From Macrostomum lignano (lineage: Eukaryota): DNA of 64,000 nucleotides. Under the pieces are notes generated by a model. That model had not been told where the DNA came from and did not search any database. It saw only the letters and a program-made list of their open reading frames with translations. The stretch covers positions 124,001 to 188,000 of the forward strand of contig NIVC01001023.1 of the NCBI GenBank assembly GCA_002269645.1, given 5' to 3'. Below, piece after piece: positions 1-16,914 of the stretch (positions are counted from its first letter, which is position 1; the number at the start of each line of letters is the position of its first letter). The translations under genes and the position numbers were made by a program.

Positions 1-23
1 CCAAGAATTGTAGTAGAGAGGTT

Positions 24-655
<632 letters not shown>

Positions 656-1529
656 CATAGGCACCAAGATGCATTCAAAGAGTCCAATAGCTGAAAACAG
701 CATCCCACACAATAAGCCCGTGGGAGTTTCAGTCGGCACTCAAGCCACCCTACAAAGGCTGATGGGCTATTATCTTTTTTCACTACTAATGCCTCTTTCA
801 ACATCAGCTTTAACCCCCTCCCCCAGGCTTAAAGTCCAGATTCCATCAGAAAGCCAAGAATGAAGCTGTACTTCATTGCGGATGCAGGTTTTACAGATGA
901 AGCTGTTTGCGTACATCCAGGATCGGATTAAAAAGTGAGTTCTTTGACTTCCATTCAGATCGTGCTCATCTGCATTATGCTTTAAAAGCATTGCTGCATC
1001 CCCTTAAGCTACCGGCCTGCTGGGAAATTCTCCCATATCATCTCCAGCTTAGCTCAGCTGAAACTGTTAGAGGACCTGGGCTTCGGGGGATCATCTCTCG
1101 GTGGGCCTCGTGACCTCGGCGTCATCTGTTGTCTTTAATAATTCATGACAGGCAGAAAATTTTAACTGCAGGGTGAAAGCTACTGGGATACTGTGAAAGA
1201 TGCTGTGTGCTACATCTCGACGCCACCTAACTGGAGAAATCGATGCCATACAGCTCAAGTCAAATTCATCATCGTTCGTGCGGGGAGGACTGTCAGGCTC
1301 TCTCTGAGCTCCCTACCTCCCCCCTCTCTCTCCCTCTGTTTGCAGGCCCGGCCAAAGAAATCTACATGCAACCGTTTCTGAGGGGACAGGCCAAAACTCG
1401 CTTCTATACACAGCCAATGGCTGTCACGCTTTTCCATGAAAGGGATTTTAATTTGTCCCATTGATCCGGGATAAACCTGGTTCTAAGCCTACCAGTCGAG
1501 GAGGCCCTGGATAGCGGTAACAGAGACCA

Positions 1530-2105
1530 TAGATAAGGCTAAGCGGAGACGATAGCTAGGGCTAAGCGGAGAAAATAGATAAGGCTAAGCGGAGACCATA
1601 GATAGGGCTAAGTGGAGACCATAGATAGGGCTAAGCGGAGACGATAGCTAGGGCTAAGCGGAGATCATAGATAGGGCTAAACGGAGAAAATAGATAAGGC
1701 TAAGCGGAGACGATAGCTAGGGCTAAGCGGAGAAAATAGATAAGGCTAAGCGGAGACCATAGATAGGGCTAAGTGGAGACCATAGATAGGGCTAAGCGGA
1801 GACGATAGCTAGGGCTAAGCGGAGACAATAGATAGGGCTAAGCGTAGACGATAGCTAGGGCTAAGCGGAGACAATAGATAGGGCTAAGCGGAGACAATAG
1901 ATATGGCTATATAGGATCAGACTAGATTTTTCTATATAGAAAGGCTAAATAGGATCATAGATAGGGCTATATAGGATCAGACTAGATTTTTCTATATAGA
2001 AAGGCTAGATAGGATCATAGATAGGGCTAAGCTGAGACAATAGATAGGGCTAAGCGGACGCCATAGATAGGGCTAAGCGGAGGCCATAGATAGGGCTAAG
2101 CGAAG
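1530..2105. repeat. 23-bp minisatellite (catagatagggctaagcggagac)
   Basis: ctaag recurs at 1562, 1585, 1608 (period 23). Confidence 0.9.
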
Positions 2106-3639
2106 TGGGGGTAGCAGAGGCTGTAGAGAGGTGTAGAGAAAGCCCTAGCTGAGAGTAGCGGTGATCCAACAAGTGGTAGCGGCAGTACATACAAGCGTAA
2201 AGGTAGCATTAAGCGGCGGTCGGTTTGGGGATTAGCAGTGCTTCTTCAAAGTTTCCTGCCCCACGGGAAAAATGAAGCGAACATTGCCAAGACCCGGATG
2301 CCTGCAGGAGTATCGGCAGGGCATCAGAAACAGCCGGGTCTTCGTTTCGTTTCGCGCGCAGTTCTTGGCTCGAATTCAGAGCAGCAACCCCATCATATTT
2401 CGACACTAAAAACTGGCTCACAAGGTGCTAACCCAGCCTTTCATTATTAGCGGAATTTCTGCATCTAAGGAAAAAAGGAAGGAAACTTTTTTTGGAAATT
2501 AAAAGCGGCCTTCGAATGTGGAATGAACTGAAGACTTTAAGAAAAAGGCTAGATTTTTGCACCTGTTCCCGAAACGCCCTGCTACCTGACTAAAGGAGCC
2601 GCTCTTCTATCACTCCGGGTCTCTCTACCTTCCCATCAATCTGTAGGTAGAATACTTCTTGCTTTTGACTTTCTTTGAAATAAAGTAGAAACAAAACTTT
2701 GTTTTCTGTCGTTCAGAGGTTTCTTTGACACAGCCTCAGGTCGAACCGCTTATTCACTGATGTTTTTGTATTGTACTGGGTGTACAGAGGCCCTGGCATG
2801 TCCTTTGGAAATTTTTTTGGGAAAAAACTTTATACCCCAGCTGCTAGCATAGTGAGTATGGCTTGCATGTAAATATACAGTCCTCCGCCCCCTGTCTCTT
2901 CTCACTCTCTCCCCCTCTCTCATGTCCCCCAACTCGTCGCGTCCATCTTTGTCAACCGGGATTCCCTTCACCTCGGCATTGCCGCAGGCAAAATCTTTGG
3001 ATTTGGGGGTCGCTGACTTTCAGAGACAGTGAGAAGTCGCCGCCACTTCTGCACGGTAGAGTGAGATCCATCTGATTTGACTGAGCAGTACTCAAATCTT
3101 GCCTGAGGCGCTGTGAGTAACGCTTCAGCGATTCTGTCTTGACCGTTCACGAGTTAGTTCTCAATCTCCGGTTGCCAAGGGAGCAATCTTAGCTTGGCTG
3201 AGTCTCACAGAGACTCGAAGTATTGCATTTCGCGATGCTCAAGTTAACGAAGTGGTTAATATTTATTAACGCTCATTTATGACCTGCAATTCTACAAGAG
3301 TAACAATGTAGATGAGAAAAGTTGTGGCAGGTTTAACACAAGAGAACACCCTTGCATTAATGTGGAGTGCGACTCTTCTGTCCATGGCGAGTGAAAGAAA
3401 ACAATTTGTTGAATGCTCAAGTTTTATTGAGACTCGGCAAAGAGGGGGTTCAGTCGTGGGACAGCGGAGAGAGAAACCTACTTTTGACGAAATAAATTTG
3501 AAGAAATGACCCAATGCTGACTCGCTATGCTGTTAATTACACTTTTAATATTTCGTTTTAGTGTATATATTGGATGGCCCTATAACTCTTTTTAAGGGTA
3601 TGTATGTTCGGGGGTATGTAGCTAATTGTGTCTGCATAA

Positions 3640-4385
3640 GTGTCTGTCTGTCTGTCTGCCTTAGTGTCTGTCTGTCCGCCTTAGTGTCTGCCTGTCCCTC
3701 TTAGTGCCTGTCTGTCAGCCTTAGCGTCTGTCTTGGTGTCTGTCCATCTTAGTGTCTGTCTGCCCGCCTTAATTCCTGCCTGTCTGTCAGCCATTGCGTC
3801 TGTCTTGGTGTCTGTCTGTCTGTCAGCCTTAGCGTCTGTCTTGGTGTCTGTCCATCTTAGTGTCTGTCTGCCCGCCTTAATTCCTGCCTGTCTGTCAGCC
3901 ATTGCGTCTGTCTTGGTGTCTGTCTGTCTGTCAGCCTTAGCGTCTGTCTTGGTGTCTGTCCATCTTAGTGTCTGTCTGCCCGCCTTAATTCCTGCCTGTC
4001 TGTCAGCCATTGCGTCTGTCTTGGTGTCTGTCTGTCTGTCAGCCTTAGCGTCTGTCTTGGTGTCTGTCCATCTTAGTGTCTGTCTGCCCGCCTTAATTCC
4101 TGCCTGTCTGTCAGCCATTGCGTCTGTCTTGGTGTCTGTCTGTCTGTCAGCCTTAGCGTCTGTCTTAGTGTCTGTCCATCTTAGTGTCTGTCTGTCCGCC
4201 TTAATTCCTGCCTGTCTGTCTTAGTGTCTGTCTGCCAGCCTTAGCGTCTGTCTTGGTGTCTGTCTTAGTGTCTGTCTTATTGTCTGTCTTGGTGTCTGTC
4301 TTAGTGTCTGTCCTAATGCCTGTCTGCCCTTCTTAGCTTTTGTCTTAGTGCCTGCCCCTCTTAGAATGTCTGCTCTAGGGGTCTG
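3640..4385. repeat. (TGTC)-derived array with ~108-bp higher-order unit
   Basis: The 36-aa periodicity in ORF 3681-4118 reflects a 108-bp unit; opposite orientation to the GACA array at 24-655. Confidence 0.9.
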
Positions 4386-5370
4386 TCCGTACCAAAATTG
4401 GTTAACCATAATGCTGTGCACACTTAAACCATGTGTGTACGGCCTGAAAAGGCAGACAGACAGCATGCCTAGTCCATTACTGTCTTATTCTGACTTTACT
4501 ACCCTTCAGAAATATTTCAATCGCTAAAGCAATCAACTTAAAAGTAGCCTCCTAAAATCTTCCTGGCTACTTTTCTCTTACAACCGCTGAAAGTTTAGAA
4601 GCACGTCAGACAGTATTCAACGGATCGAACCGGTCCTCTAAACCCGAGCACCCAGCCCCAAATTTTCTTTGATGCCAGGCAAACTGTCAAAACAGCTTCA
4701 GCTCTACACAAAGAGCCTTCTTTCTGAGAGGAGAGGCAGATTAAAGGGGAGGTAAAGAGTCAACGAACTTGAGCAAGGGAACTATTATGGGCTGGTTGGC
4801 TTGTTAAGGAAAAACTCTTCCTTCATCTGCCAGCAGGCCAAGTTCCGATGAGCTGGAGTCCCTGGGCGGCTGAACATAGACGCCTGGCTAGGAAAAGAAA
4901 GACGCGATGAAGCATGCCAATCCAGATTCTCTGTCAAGGACTTCCTGACTCTCGAAGTCAAATCTGGACGGAGCGGATCAGCTGGATGCAGGATGAGGCA
5001 CTTTGGGAGCATAAAGCGGCGTTCTCCCCTGCTGGCATGATTGCCGGGGATGGAAGCCAGAAGGCACAATACGATTGGGAGCTGGGCTAAGAAGACCCAA
5101 AACCAAGAGTCTGGCTCTACGAACTCAAGCCATCCTTAAAAATCATCATCATCATAGACAAGAGCTGGTACTCCAGACTCCTGGTTCAAAGCGCCGCTTG
5201 TTTGAGCACTCGATCGTTTGGTCAAGTCTGGCGTGGTTGCGGCGGGGAATTCGATTTGCATCGGAGAGGGGAAAATTGGTTGCCGGGGGTTGGGATGGTG
5301 GGGAGTTGGGAGGAGTGCAGCATAGAGCAAGAATGACTCAGATGAGCAGTGCATACAAGCCACCCCTAAG

Positions 5371-5640
5371 GGGTTGTAGCTAGCCCAGTGGTTAGAGCGT
5401 CCGACTCACGACTGAAAGGTCGGGGGTTCGATTCTCGACCCACTCGGAACAATTAGTGTCCTTGAGCATTGCTTCAGTTCACCCTGGGTAATTGAGGGTG
5501 TGTGGCGACCCCCTCCCCCCAGTCCTTGGACTGAACAGCCGAACGCAGCCTTCAGATGCGCCGCGAGATAGCTGCGGCTGAGCTGTCGGTTGCACGTCTG
5601 CCCACTAGGGCAGTGATAATCAATTAATATTATTAGTACA
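5371..5640 (+). mobile_element. tRNA-derived SINE (family B)
   Basis: tRNA-like head with A box TAGCCCAGTGG and B box GGTTCGATTC, followed by a non-tRNA body (gtgtccttgagca...) and an AT-rich tail; no clear TSD. Confidence 0.7.
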
Positions 5641-6111
5641 TACAAGCAAACGTTTAGAACAAAGAATATTGCCAACCAGTTGAAATTTTTGTTGAAGCGA
5701 ACAGTTTAAACTGCCCAGAGCATCAAAAATTTGAGCAGGTTTCATGCTCACACGCAGAATCTCTCTAAATTCAATCTGATTTTGCCTTCCCTCCAACCCA
5801 GGTGCTGCAGATCCCAGCCAGATCCGCATGGAGATCAAGGAATTCTCCTCTGCCCCCGGGATTTTTCTTCAATAACATGCAAGCGGACCCTCTGATCATT
5901 GATAATTCTTTTCCCTGTGATGGTCACCGATCGAAGCTGGGACTCTCCCGACATGCATTTCGGGGGCATGTCGGGACACCGGGGACAGATGCTTTCAGGG
6001 AATATGGGACAGCAGATTTTGGGGTTGCCCCGGAGAGGGAGACAGATACGGTTAGAGATTGGAGAGTGAGAGGTATAGACAGGGAGTAGATTTGGGGAAG
6101 GTTTACAAAGT

Positions 6112-6550
6112 GACACAGTCCCTCAGCTATCCCTACAGTCCCTCAGCTCTCCCTAAAGTCCCTCAGCTATCCCTACAGTCCCTCAGCTATCCCTACAGTC
6201 CCTCAGCTCCCCCTACAGTCCTTCAGCTCCCCCTACAGTCCCTTAGCTATCCCTACAGTCCTTCAGCTCCCTCTACAGTCCTTCAGCTCCCCCTACAGTC
6301 CTTCAGCTCCCCCTACAGTCCTTCAGCTCCCCCTACAGTCCTTCAGCTCCCCCTACAGTCCTTCAGCTCCCCCTACAGTCCTTCAGCTCCCCCTACAGTC
6401 CCTCAGCTCTCCCTACAGTCCCTCAGCTCTCCCTACAGTCCCTCAGCTATCCCTACAGTCCCTCAGCTATCCCTACAGTCCCTCAGCTATCCCTACAGTC
6501 CTTCAGCTCCCCCTACAGTCCTTCAGCTCCCCCTACAGTCCCTCAGCTGA
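6112..6550 (+). repeat. 20-bp minisatellite (cagtccctcagctatcccta), left arm of inverted pair
   Basis: About 22 tandem units. Confidence 0.95.
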
Positions 6551-7127
6551 CCTCACAAGCAAAACACGCAAAAAACATAAATCTACTTTGACGTATTTTC
6601 TTGCTCCCAGACATGTACTTTGCAAGTTCCTTAATCTCTTATAAATTCCTCTCGTCTACAGAGCAGCTTCATTGACTATTCGCTGTACAGAAATCAATAG
6701 TACAATATATCGTTACAATTAAAGCATAGTCTACTATATAACATAGGATGTCGAGGTCTCCAAACGAACTATTTCTGTTCAAACTCGAACAATGTTTTAA
6801 TCCGTCTCAGAATCTGCAGCTGTCAGTCATCTGAGCAAAGCAATTTATTGCTGTCTGTGAGACAAATATCTGAGACACAGGGGGCGGCTACGATACCAAT
6901 CTGATTTTGGCGTTCGCTCACATTATTGCAACTGTTCGAACTGCTTTGATGGTTTAAGCCTTATGCTTGCAACTATGTATTGTAATAAGTATGCATGCTT
7001 GTGAATCACTATAAACTTGCAAAAGTTGGCGATGTACTTTACTATGGATCTGCCTGCTGAACCTGTCAATATTGCTTTTAAATCCGACTTCATGTCTAGT
7101 TTCTCTCCTTTGTTGCTTCTGGAGGAG

Positions 7128-8502
7128 ACTGTAAGGAAAGCTGAGGGACTGTAGGGGGAGCTGAGGGACTGTAGGGAGAGCTGAGGGACTGTAGGGAGAG
7201 CTGAGGGACTGTAGGGATAGCTGAGGGACTGTAGGGATAGCTGAGGGACTGTAGGGAGAGCTGAGGGACTGTAGGGGGAGCTGAGGGACTGTAGGGAGAG
7301 CTGAGGGACTTAGGGAGAGCTGAGGGACTGTAGGGATAGCTAAAGGAAATAGGGATAGCTAAGGGACTTAGGGGGAGCTAAGGGACTGTAGGGGGAGCTA
7401 AGGGACTGTAGGGGAGCTAAGGAACTGTAGGGGGAGCTAAGGGACTGTAGGGGAGCTAAGGGACTGTAGGGATAGCTGAGGGACTGTAGGGGGAGCTGAA
7501 GGACTGTAGAAGGAGCTGAGGGACTGTAGGGAGAGCTGAGGGACTTAGGGAGAGCTGAGGGACTGTAGGGAGAGCTGAGGGACTTAGGGAGAGCTGAGGG
7601 ACTGTAAGGAGAGCTGATGGACTTAGGGAGAGCTGAGGGACTGTAGGGAGAGCTGAGGGACTTAGGGAGAGCTGAGGGACTGTAGGGAGAGCTGAGGGAC
7701 TGTAGGGGGAGCTAAGGGACTGTAGGGGAGCTGAGGGACTGTAGGGAGAGCTGAGGGACTTAGGGAGAGCTGAGGGACTGTAAGGAGAGCTGAGGGACTT
7801 AGGGAGAGCTGAGGGACTGTAGGGAGAGCTGAGGGACTTAGGGAGAGCTGAGGGACTGTAGGGAGAGCTGAGGGACTTAGGGAGAGCTGAGGGACTGTAT
7901 GGATAGCTGAGGGACTGTAGGGAGAGCTGAGGGACTTAGGGAGAGCTGAGGGACTGTAGGGGGAGCTGAGGGACTGTAGGGAGAGCTGAGGGACTTAGGG
8001 AGAGCTGAGGGACTGTAGGGGGAGCTGAGGGACTGTAGGGAGAGCTGAGGGACTTAGGGAGAGCTGAGGGACTGTAGGGATAGCTAAAGGAAATAGGGAT
8101 AGCTAAGGGACTTAGGGAGAGCTAAGGGACTGTAGGGGAGCTAAGGGACTGTAGGGGGAGCTAAGGGACTGTAGGGGGAGCTAAGGGACTGTAGGGGAGC
8201 TAAGGGACTGTAGGGGAGCTAAGGGACTGTAGGGATAGCTGAGGGACTGTAGAAGGAGCTAAGGGACTGTAGGGGGAGCTAAGGGACTGTAGGGGGAGCT
8301 GAAGGACTGTAGAAGGAGCTAAGGGACTGTAGGGGGAGCTAAGGGACTGTAGGGGAGCTAAGGGACTGTAGGGATAGCTGAGGGACTGTAGAAGGAGCTA
8401 AGGGACTGTAGGGGGAGCTATGGGACTGTAGGGGGAGCTGAAGGACTGTAGAAGGAGCTAAGGGACTGTAGGGGGAGCTAAGGGACTGTAGGGGGAGCTG
8501 AA
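7128..8502 (-). repeat. 20-bp minisatellite (tagggatagctgagggactg), right arm of inverted pair
   Basis: Exact reverse complement of the 6112-6550 unit; about 69 units. Confidence 0.95.
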
Positions 8503-9209
8503 GAACAAAGTTCATCTAACACATTTACGCAAGCGAATGCAATCCACAATGCTTCCGGGCGCACATTTCCTTATTTTACATTCCCAATTCTGCTTTCGCC
8601 AGCTCCCTACTAGTCGCTTAAAATGATGAAGCATCTCAGTCTCTGACATGCAACCCCCCTTGAATGTCTAGGAGCTTTAGCATCCATGAGAGCAGCAGTT
8701 TCTGTCTGTCGAACGAAGACTGACCCGTGTCCAGCCAGGGTCCCAACGCTGACAAATGACCATGCCTATGTATACAGTCTTAACGTCCACAGAGTCCTCC
8801 TTCAGTGGCTTCCTTGGCTTGGACCAAAAAGGTTCGGCAAACCTAAGGAAATTAAAGTTGCGCTACGGTTGCTAGGCTGCATTGACGGCCCAACTAATTC
8901 TGTTTTCTTGTCTGCTTTTTTGGAGAAGAATGAAGAAGGAGGAGGAACTGTTGCAGACCTGAAGGATGAATTGCTTTTTGTAGGCACCGCGAAACTGCCC
9001 CAGCTGGAGTCTGGGCTCCGGTGTAAGATGAAGCTGGGAAGGAAGGTACGGCGTTTTGGAATGACAGGCTACTAATAAATCATTGGGGCACTTGATACAG
9101 CTTTCCTCTGGCTGCTTCTGGCTGCTCCCTGCATGTGCGGCGTCTGCTGGTACTGCAGTTAGTTTTCAGGGCGATGCGGGAACGCAAAGTGCAACTTGAC
9201 TTGGTGGGT

Positions 9210-9739
<530 letters not shown>

Positions 9740-10639
9740 TATAGAATTTACTGTCTCGTCAATAGCCTATTTTATTGTCTCGTCAAATTTTACAATCCTG
9801 TTAGGTGACCCAGCAGTCTTAGTATTTATATGGACTAAATGTATCACAAGAAACCCACAAGCCAAACTTACAAAGCGCCTTCAGAATTGGCCCAATTGTC
9901 TCGATCAAAACTTCTTTAGAAGATTTTGCTTCGAAGTTGACCGTTCAGAATTGAATTGCTTCTACTCAAGACGGTCCCATAAACAATTGCAGTAGCTTAA
10001 CTTGCACCTGACATCGAGCTTTGTTTAACAAAATAGTTTGTTTATAAAAAAATCTGATGCAACTCTCTGTCTCTGCAGCTGAGTCTGTATTTTCTCTTTC
10101 CTATTATTCTTTCAAGCTTTTCTTTGAACCGTTCGGCCGACAATTGAGACGGAGGGTGGGCGTTGACGAAGGGCTGAGCACACAGATGGGGGTGGAGGCT
10201 GCAGCAATCTGGAGAGTGTCGGGTAAGCCAGCTAGAGGGGGGAAACTCGCCGAGAATTCAAATTTTATTTGTTTGAAAAAGCCAGCAGGGGTCGCGGCTC
10301 GGCATGAGTGGCTATTGCTGCATTGCAACCTGTAGCCTAGTGGGCTTTGGCAGGCACTTTATTGGCTGGACAAGCCCTGAGCCAATGCGGGTGTATCTGC
10401 TAAAGGGGGGAGGCCAACGAGATGCGTATTTCTATCTACTCTTAGGAACAGCGATTGAAGCTTTTAAAATTTGACAGCGTTAAAATAATAGAAGTATGGA
10501 TAGTCGACTCTTAATCCAGTGTACGTATAGTCTGTCCACCATAGGCTGTTTGTGCGGTTTTTGTATGAAATCAGATGTACATCAGAGCTACTTATTGACT
10601 GTTCAAGAAGTCGTAGGTTTTTAAGAATTTTTTCTTTTC

Positions 10640-11700
10640 ACGGGGTCCAAAATCAGTATACATATCTTCTGTCCTAGGGTTGTGTGGTCTTTGGGGGGGG
10701 GGTTGGCTCCTGCGAGCCCCAAAATCAGTGTACATATCCTCTGGCCAAGGGTTTGTGATCTTTAGGGGGTTGGCTCCTGCGGGCTCCAAAATCAGTGTAC
10801 ATATCTTCTGGCCTAGGGTTGTGTGGTCTTTGGGGGGTTGGCTTCCCCGGACTCCAAAATCAGTGTACATATTCTCTGGCCTAGGGTTGTGTGGTCTTTG
10901 GGGGGTTGGCTTCCCCGGACTCCAAAATCAGTGTACATATTCTCTGACCTAGGGTTGCGTGGTCTTTGGGGGGTTGGCTCATTCGGGCTCCAAAATCAGT
11001 GTACATATTCTCTGGCCTAGGGTTGTGTGGTCTTTGGGGGGTTGGCTTCCCCGGACTCCAAAATCAGTGTACATATTCTCTGACCTAGGGTTGCGTGGTC
11101 TTTGGGGGGTTGGCTCATTCGGGCTCCAAAATCAGTGTACATATTCTCTGGCCTAGGGTTGTCTGGTCTTTGGGGGGTTGGTTCTCGCGGGCTCCAAAAT
11201 CAGTGTACATATTCTCTGACCTAGGGTTGTCTGGTCTTTAGGGGGTTGGCTCATTCGGGCTCCAAAATCAGTGTACATATTCTCTGACCTAGGGTTGTCT
11301 GGTCTTTAGGGGGTTGGCTCATTCGGGCTCCAAAATCAGTGTACATATTCTCTGGCCTAGGGTTGTGTGGTCTTTGGGGGGTTGGCTCATTCGGGCTCCA
11401 AAATCAGTGTACATATTCTCTGACCTAGGGTTGTCTGGTCTTTAGGGGGTTGGCTCATTCGGGCTCCAAAATCAGTGTACATATTCTCTGGCCTAGGGTT
11501 GTGTGGTCTTTGGGGGGTTGGCTTCCCCGGACTCCAAAATCAGTGTACATATTCTCTGACCTAGGGTTGCGTGGTCTTTAGGGGGGTTGGGTCCCGCGGG
11601 CTCCAAAATCAGTCCACACATCTTCGACCCTGGAACTGTAGCGTTTAAAGGGGGTGAGGGGTTGGCACTTGCGGTCCCCCAGTCAATGTACATATCCTTG
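10640..11700. repeat. 68-bp minisatellite
   Basis: Unit ctccaaaatcagtgtacatattctctggcctagggttgtgtggtctttggggggttggcttccccgga, about 15 copies, degenerate at the ends. Confidence 0.95.
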
Positions 11701-12667
11701 ATTCCTCTTCCCTCAAGTTGTAATTTGTGGGGTTTTAAATGGTAGGCTTTATGGACCTGTAAAAAGAAACAAATATATCAATATAAAATGTGCACTTATC
11801 AATATTTGCCACCCCTCTCACAGCTGTCCAAGTTATATGCACGAAAACTCTAGAAAGTACATGCAACTTGAAAATATCAGTGACAATTTACCAGTAAGAC
11901 TGGATTACTACAAATGCCTCTAGGACAACGGAATAAACAGATTCGCCAAGGTTTAAAGGTTTAAATTTAGCAGCTAAAAGTGTAACGTTCAAATAAGGGA
12001 CAAAAGCTGACACTAAATGCATTCCTTTTTTAATGGGCTAAAAGTTATCGATTTTTTCGACTCAATTAACAGCCCGGGCCAAGGCCTTCTTAAACTCTCC
12101 CCTAATGAGTTTCAAAATCGAAAAAGTCCAGGCAGTATGCGGACTGTTGCAGCAGCACTTCTTCCCCATCTGTGCCGCGCTTTACTGACTCAAAAAGAGA
12201 CGGTTAAGAGAAGACACTTGAGCATGGCTCTTAGCCGTTATCTGACAATGGCATCAGGGGCAGCTTCTATCCAGCAGCATGCTACCTGCTCTAAAACACA
12301 GTCAGACCAACCTTTCGGGTAAGATGCTTATCAGTGAGCATTTTGCTTTTTGGCAAGATTTTTTATCCTGAATTCTTCTGTAGATATTTCAGCTGCTCAA
12401 GAAGATAGCAAATGGAATTATTAGAATTATTCATTGTTTAAAACGATATTCAAAATTGCAATAAAAGAAATAACAATAAAAGGAGCAATAAAATGCAAAT
12501 ATGAAAGCAATTTTGAGCACACTTCGACGGCAAGCTATCCTGTTCCATGCCATCACGAAGTTGTGCGGAGAAATGCTCATTGACACTGAGTGCTTGCTCT
12601 GCAGGGCCCGTGTCTGTGCTCTGCAATTTGTTCTAATTAGCTTGCTTTCTTGCAAACTTTGACCTTG

Positions 12668-13405
12668 CATCTACATGCCTCTCTGCCTCTCTGCCTCTCT
12701 CCCTCTCTGCTTCTCTCCCTAGCCCTCTCTGCTTCTCTCCCTCTCTGCTTCTCTCTCTGTCTCTCTCCCTCTCTGCTTCTCTCCCTCTCTGCCTCTCTCT
12801 CTGTCTCTCTCCCTCTCTGTCTCTCTCCCTCTCTGTCTCTCTCCCTATCTGTCTCTCTCCCTCTCTGTCTCTCTCCCTCTCTGTCTCTCTCCCTCTCTGT
12901 CTCTCTGCCTCTCTCCCTCTCTGTCTCTCTCCCTCTCTGTCTCTCTCTCTCTGTCTCTCTCCCTCTCTGTCTCTCTCCCTCTCTGTCTCTCTGCCTCTCT
13001 CCCTCTCTGTCTCTCTCCCTCTCTGTCTCTCTCTCTCTGTCTCTCTCCCTCTCTGTCTCTCTCCCTCTCTGTCTCTCTCCCTCTCTGTCTCTCTCCCTCT
13101 CTGTCTCTCTCCCTCTCTGTCTCTCTCCCTCTCTGTCTCTCTCCCTCTCTGTCTCTCTCCCTCTCTGTCTCTCTCCCTCTCTGTCTCTCTCCCTCTCTGT
13201 CTCTCTCCCTCTCCCTCTCTGCTTCTCAGCCTCTCTCCCTCTCTGCTTCTCAGCCTCTCTCTCTCTCTGCTTCTCAGCCTCTCTCTCTCTCTGCTTCTCA
13301 GCCTCTCTTTCTCTCTCCCTCTCTGCCTCTCTTCCTGTCTGCCTCTGCCTATCTCCTTCTCTCCCTCTCGGCCTCTCTCCCTCACTCTCTCCCTCCCTCT
13401 CTCTC
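12668..13405. repeat. CT-rich microsatellite-derived array
   Basis: Units of the type ctctctccctctctgt. Confidence 0.95.
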
Positions 13406-14074
13406 TACAATCAGGTACTACTTACTAGCCCACGCATTTCGTCAAGCTACTGCTTCAGTTTTTCTTTGACTTTCGCCAAAAGGTCTTTCTCCTGATGCAC
13501 ATCATTAATAATTTAGCCCCCAAGCTTAATGGAACAGTAATTGATGAAAAATTCTAAGTTTTTTTTCTACAAGATATTTGTTCTCTTAAAACATCTTTTC
13601 CAACGTTCTGCAGTACTGTCTACCACGGGAAAAGATGCATGTACAGTCTGCTGTAAAACAGCCAGAAGCCCTTCATCAAGATCTATCTGTCTGAGCAGAC
13701 TTACTCCTGCCTCATTAAAGGATTCGCTCTACCCCGGCTTGGAGACAACTTTCTCACAGAGGTTACATTCACTTCAGCTATTTATTAACTATTCAGACAA
13801 AAGGTCTGTGATTTTCCTACAGACCTTTAATCATCTTTCTTGCCGGCACCCAATTTTTTGCTCTGAGATGCAGGGAGCTTTCTGGAACTGCTGCCGACTA
13901 GACTCTAATTAAGTAACTCTTGCTCATCTTTAAAAAGCTTCTCAAAGGCGACAAAATTTGTTTTAACAAGCTGGCTTAGATAAAAATAAACATGGAATCC
14001 TGCATGCAGAACAATTGCAATTTAAAAACTATTTTTGTTCTATTTTGAGTCTTTTCGTACGTAGAAGACGCTAC

Positions 14075-14197
14075 TTCAAAAGCACGTTTGACCTTCGCGT
14101 CACGACCCCTGGTTCGATTCCCGTGCTTGGCCTTGGGCACGAAAATTGTCCGGGGGTTCTCGTGCGATTCACAGTCATGAGGGCCAATCCCAAAGGC

Positions 14198-14198
<1 letters not shown>
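14075..14198 (+). mobile_element. Diverged 5' fragment of SINE family A, truncated by the (GA)n array
   Basis: B box ggttcgattcc; ctcgtgcgattcacagtcatgagggccaatcccaaaggcac aligns by eye with cttgtgcaattaacggccttgagagccaaccccccaaggcgc of the 44961 copy. Confidence 0.5.

Positions 14199-16914
<2,716 letters not shown>

Noticed and set aside
2290-2430. TIR-domain-like text (GIRNSRVFV...)
   Set aside because: Requires frameshifts and rests on about 9 residues; too weak.
5371-5445. tRNA gene
   Set aside because: Acceptor and anticodon stems pair poorly, and the sequence continues into a SINE-like body with no oligo-T terminator.
5946-5976. 11-bp GC hairpin as a Helitron end or terminator
   Set aside because: No CTRR end downstream and no U-tract; an isolated hairpin is unremarkable.
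8686-9075. PIF/Harbinger transposase suggested by LGCIDG
   Set aside because: No following THI motif, other DDE blocks or terminal inverted repeats.
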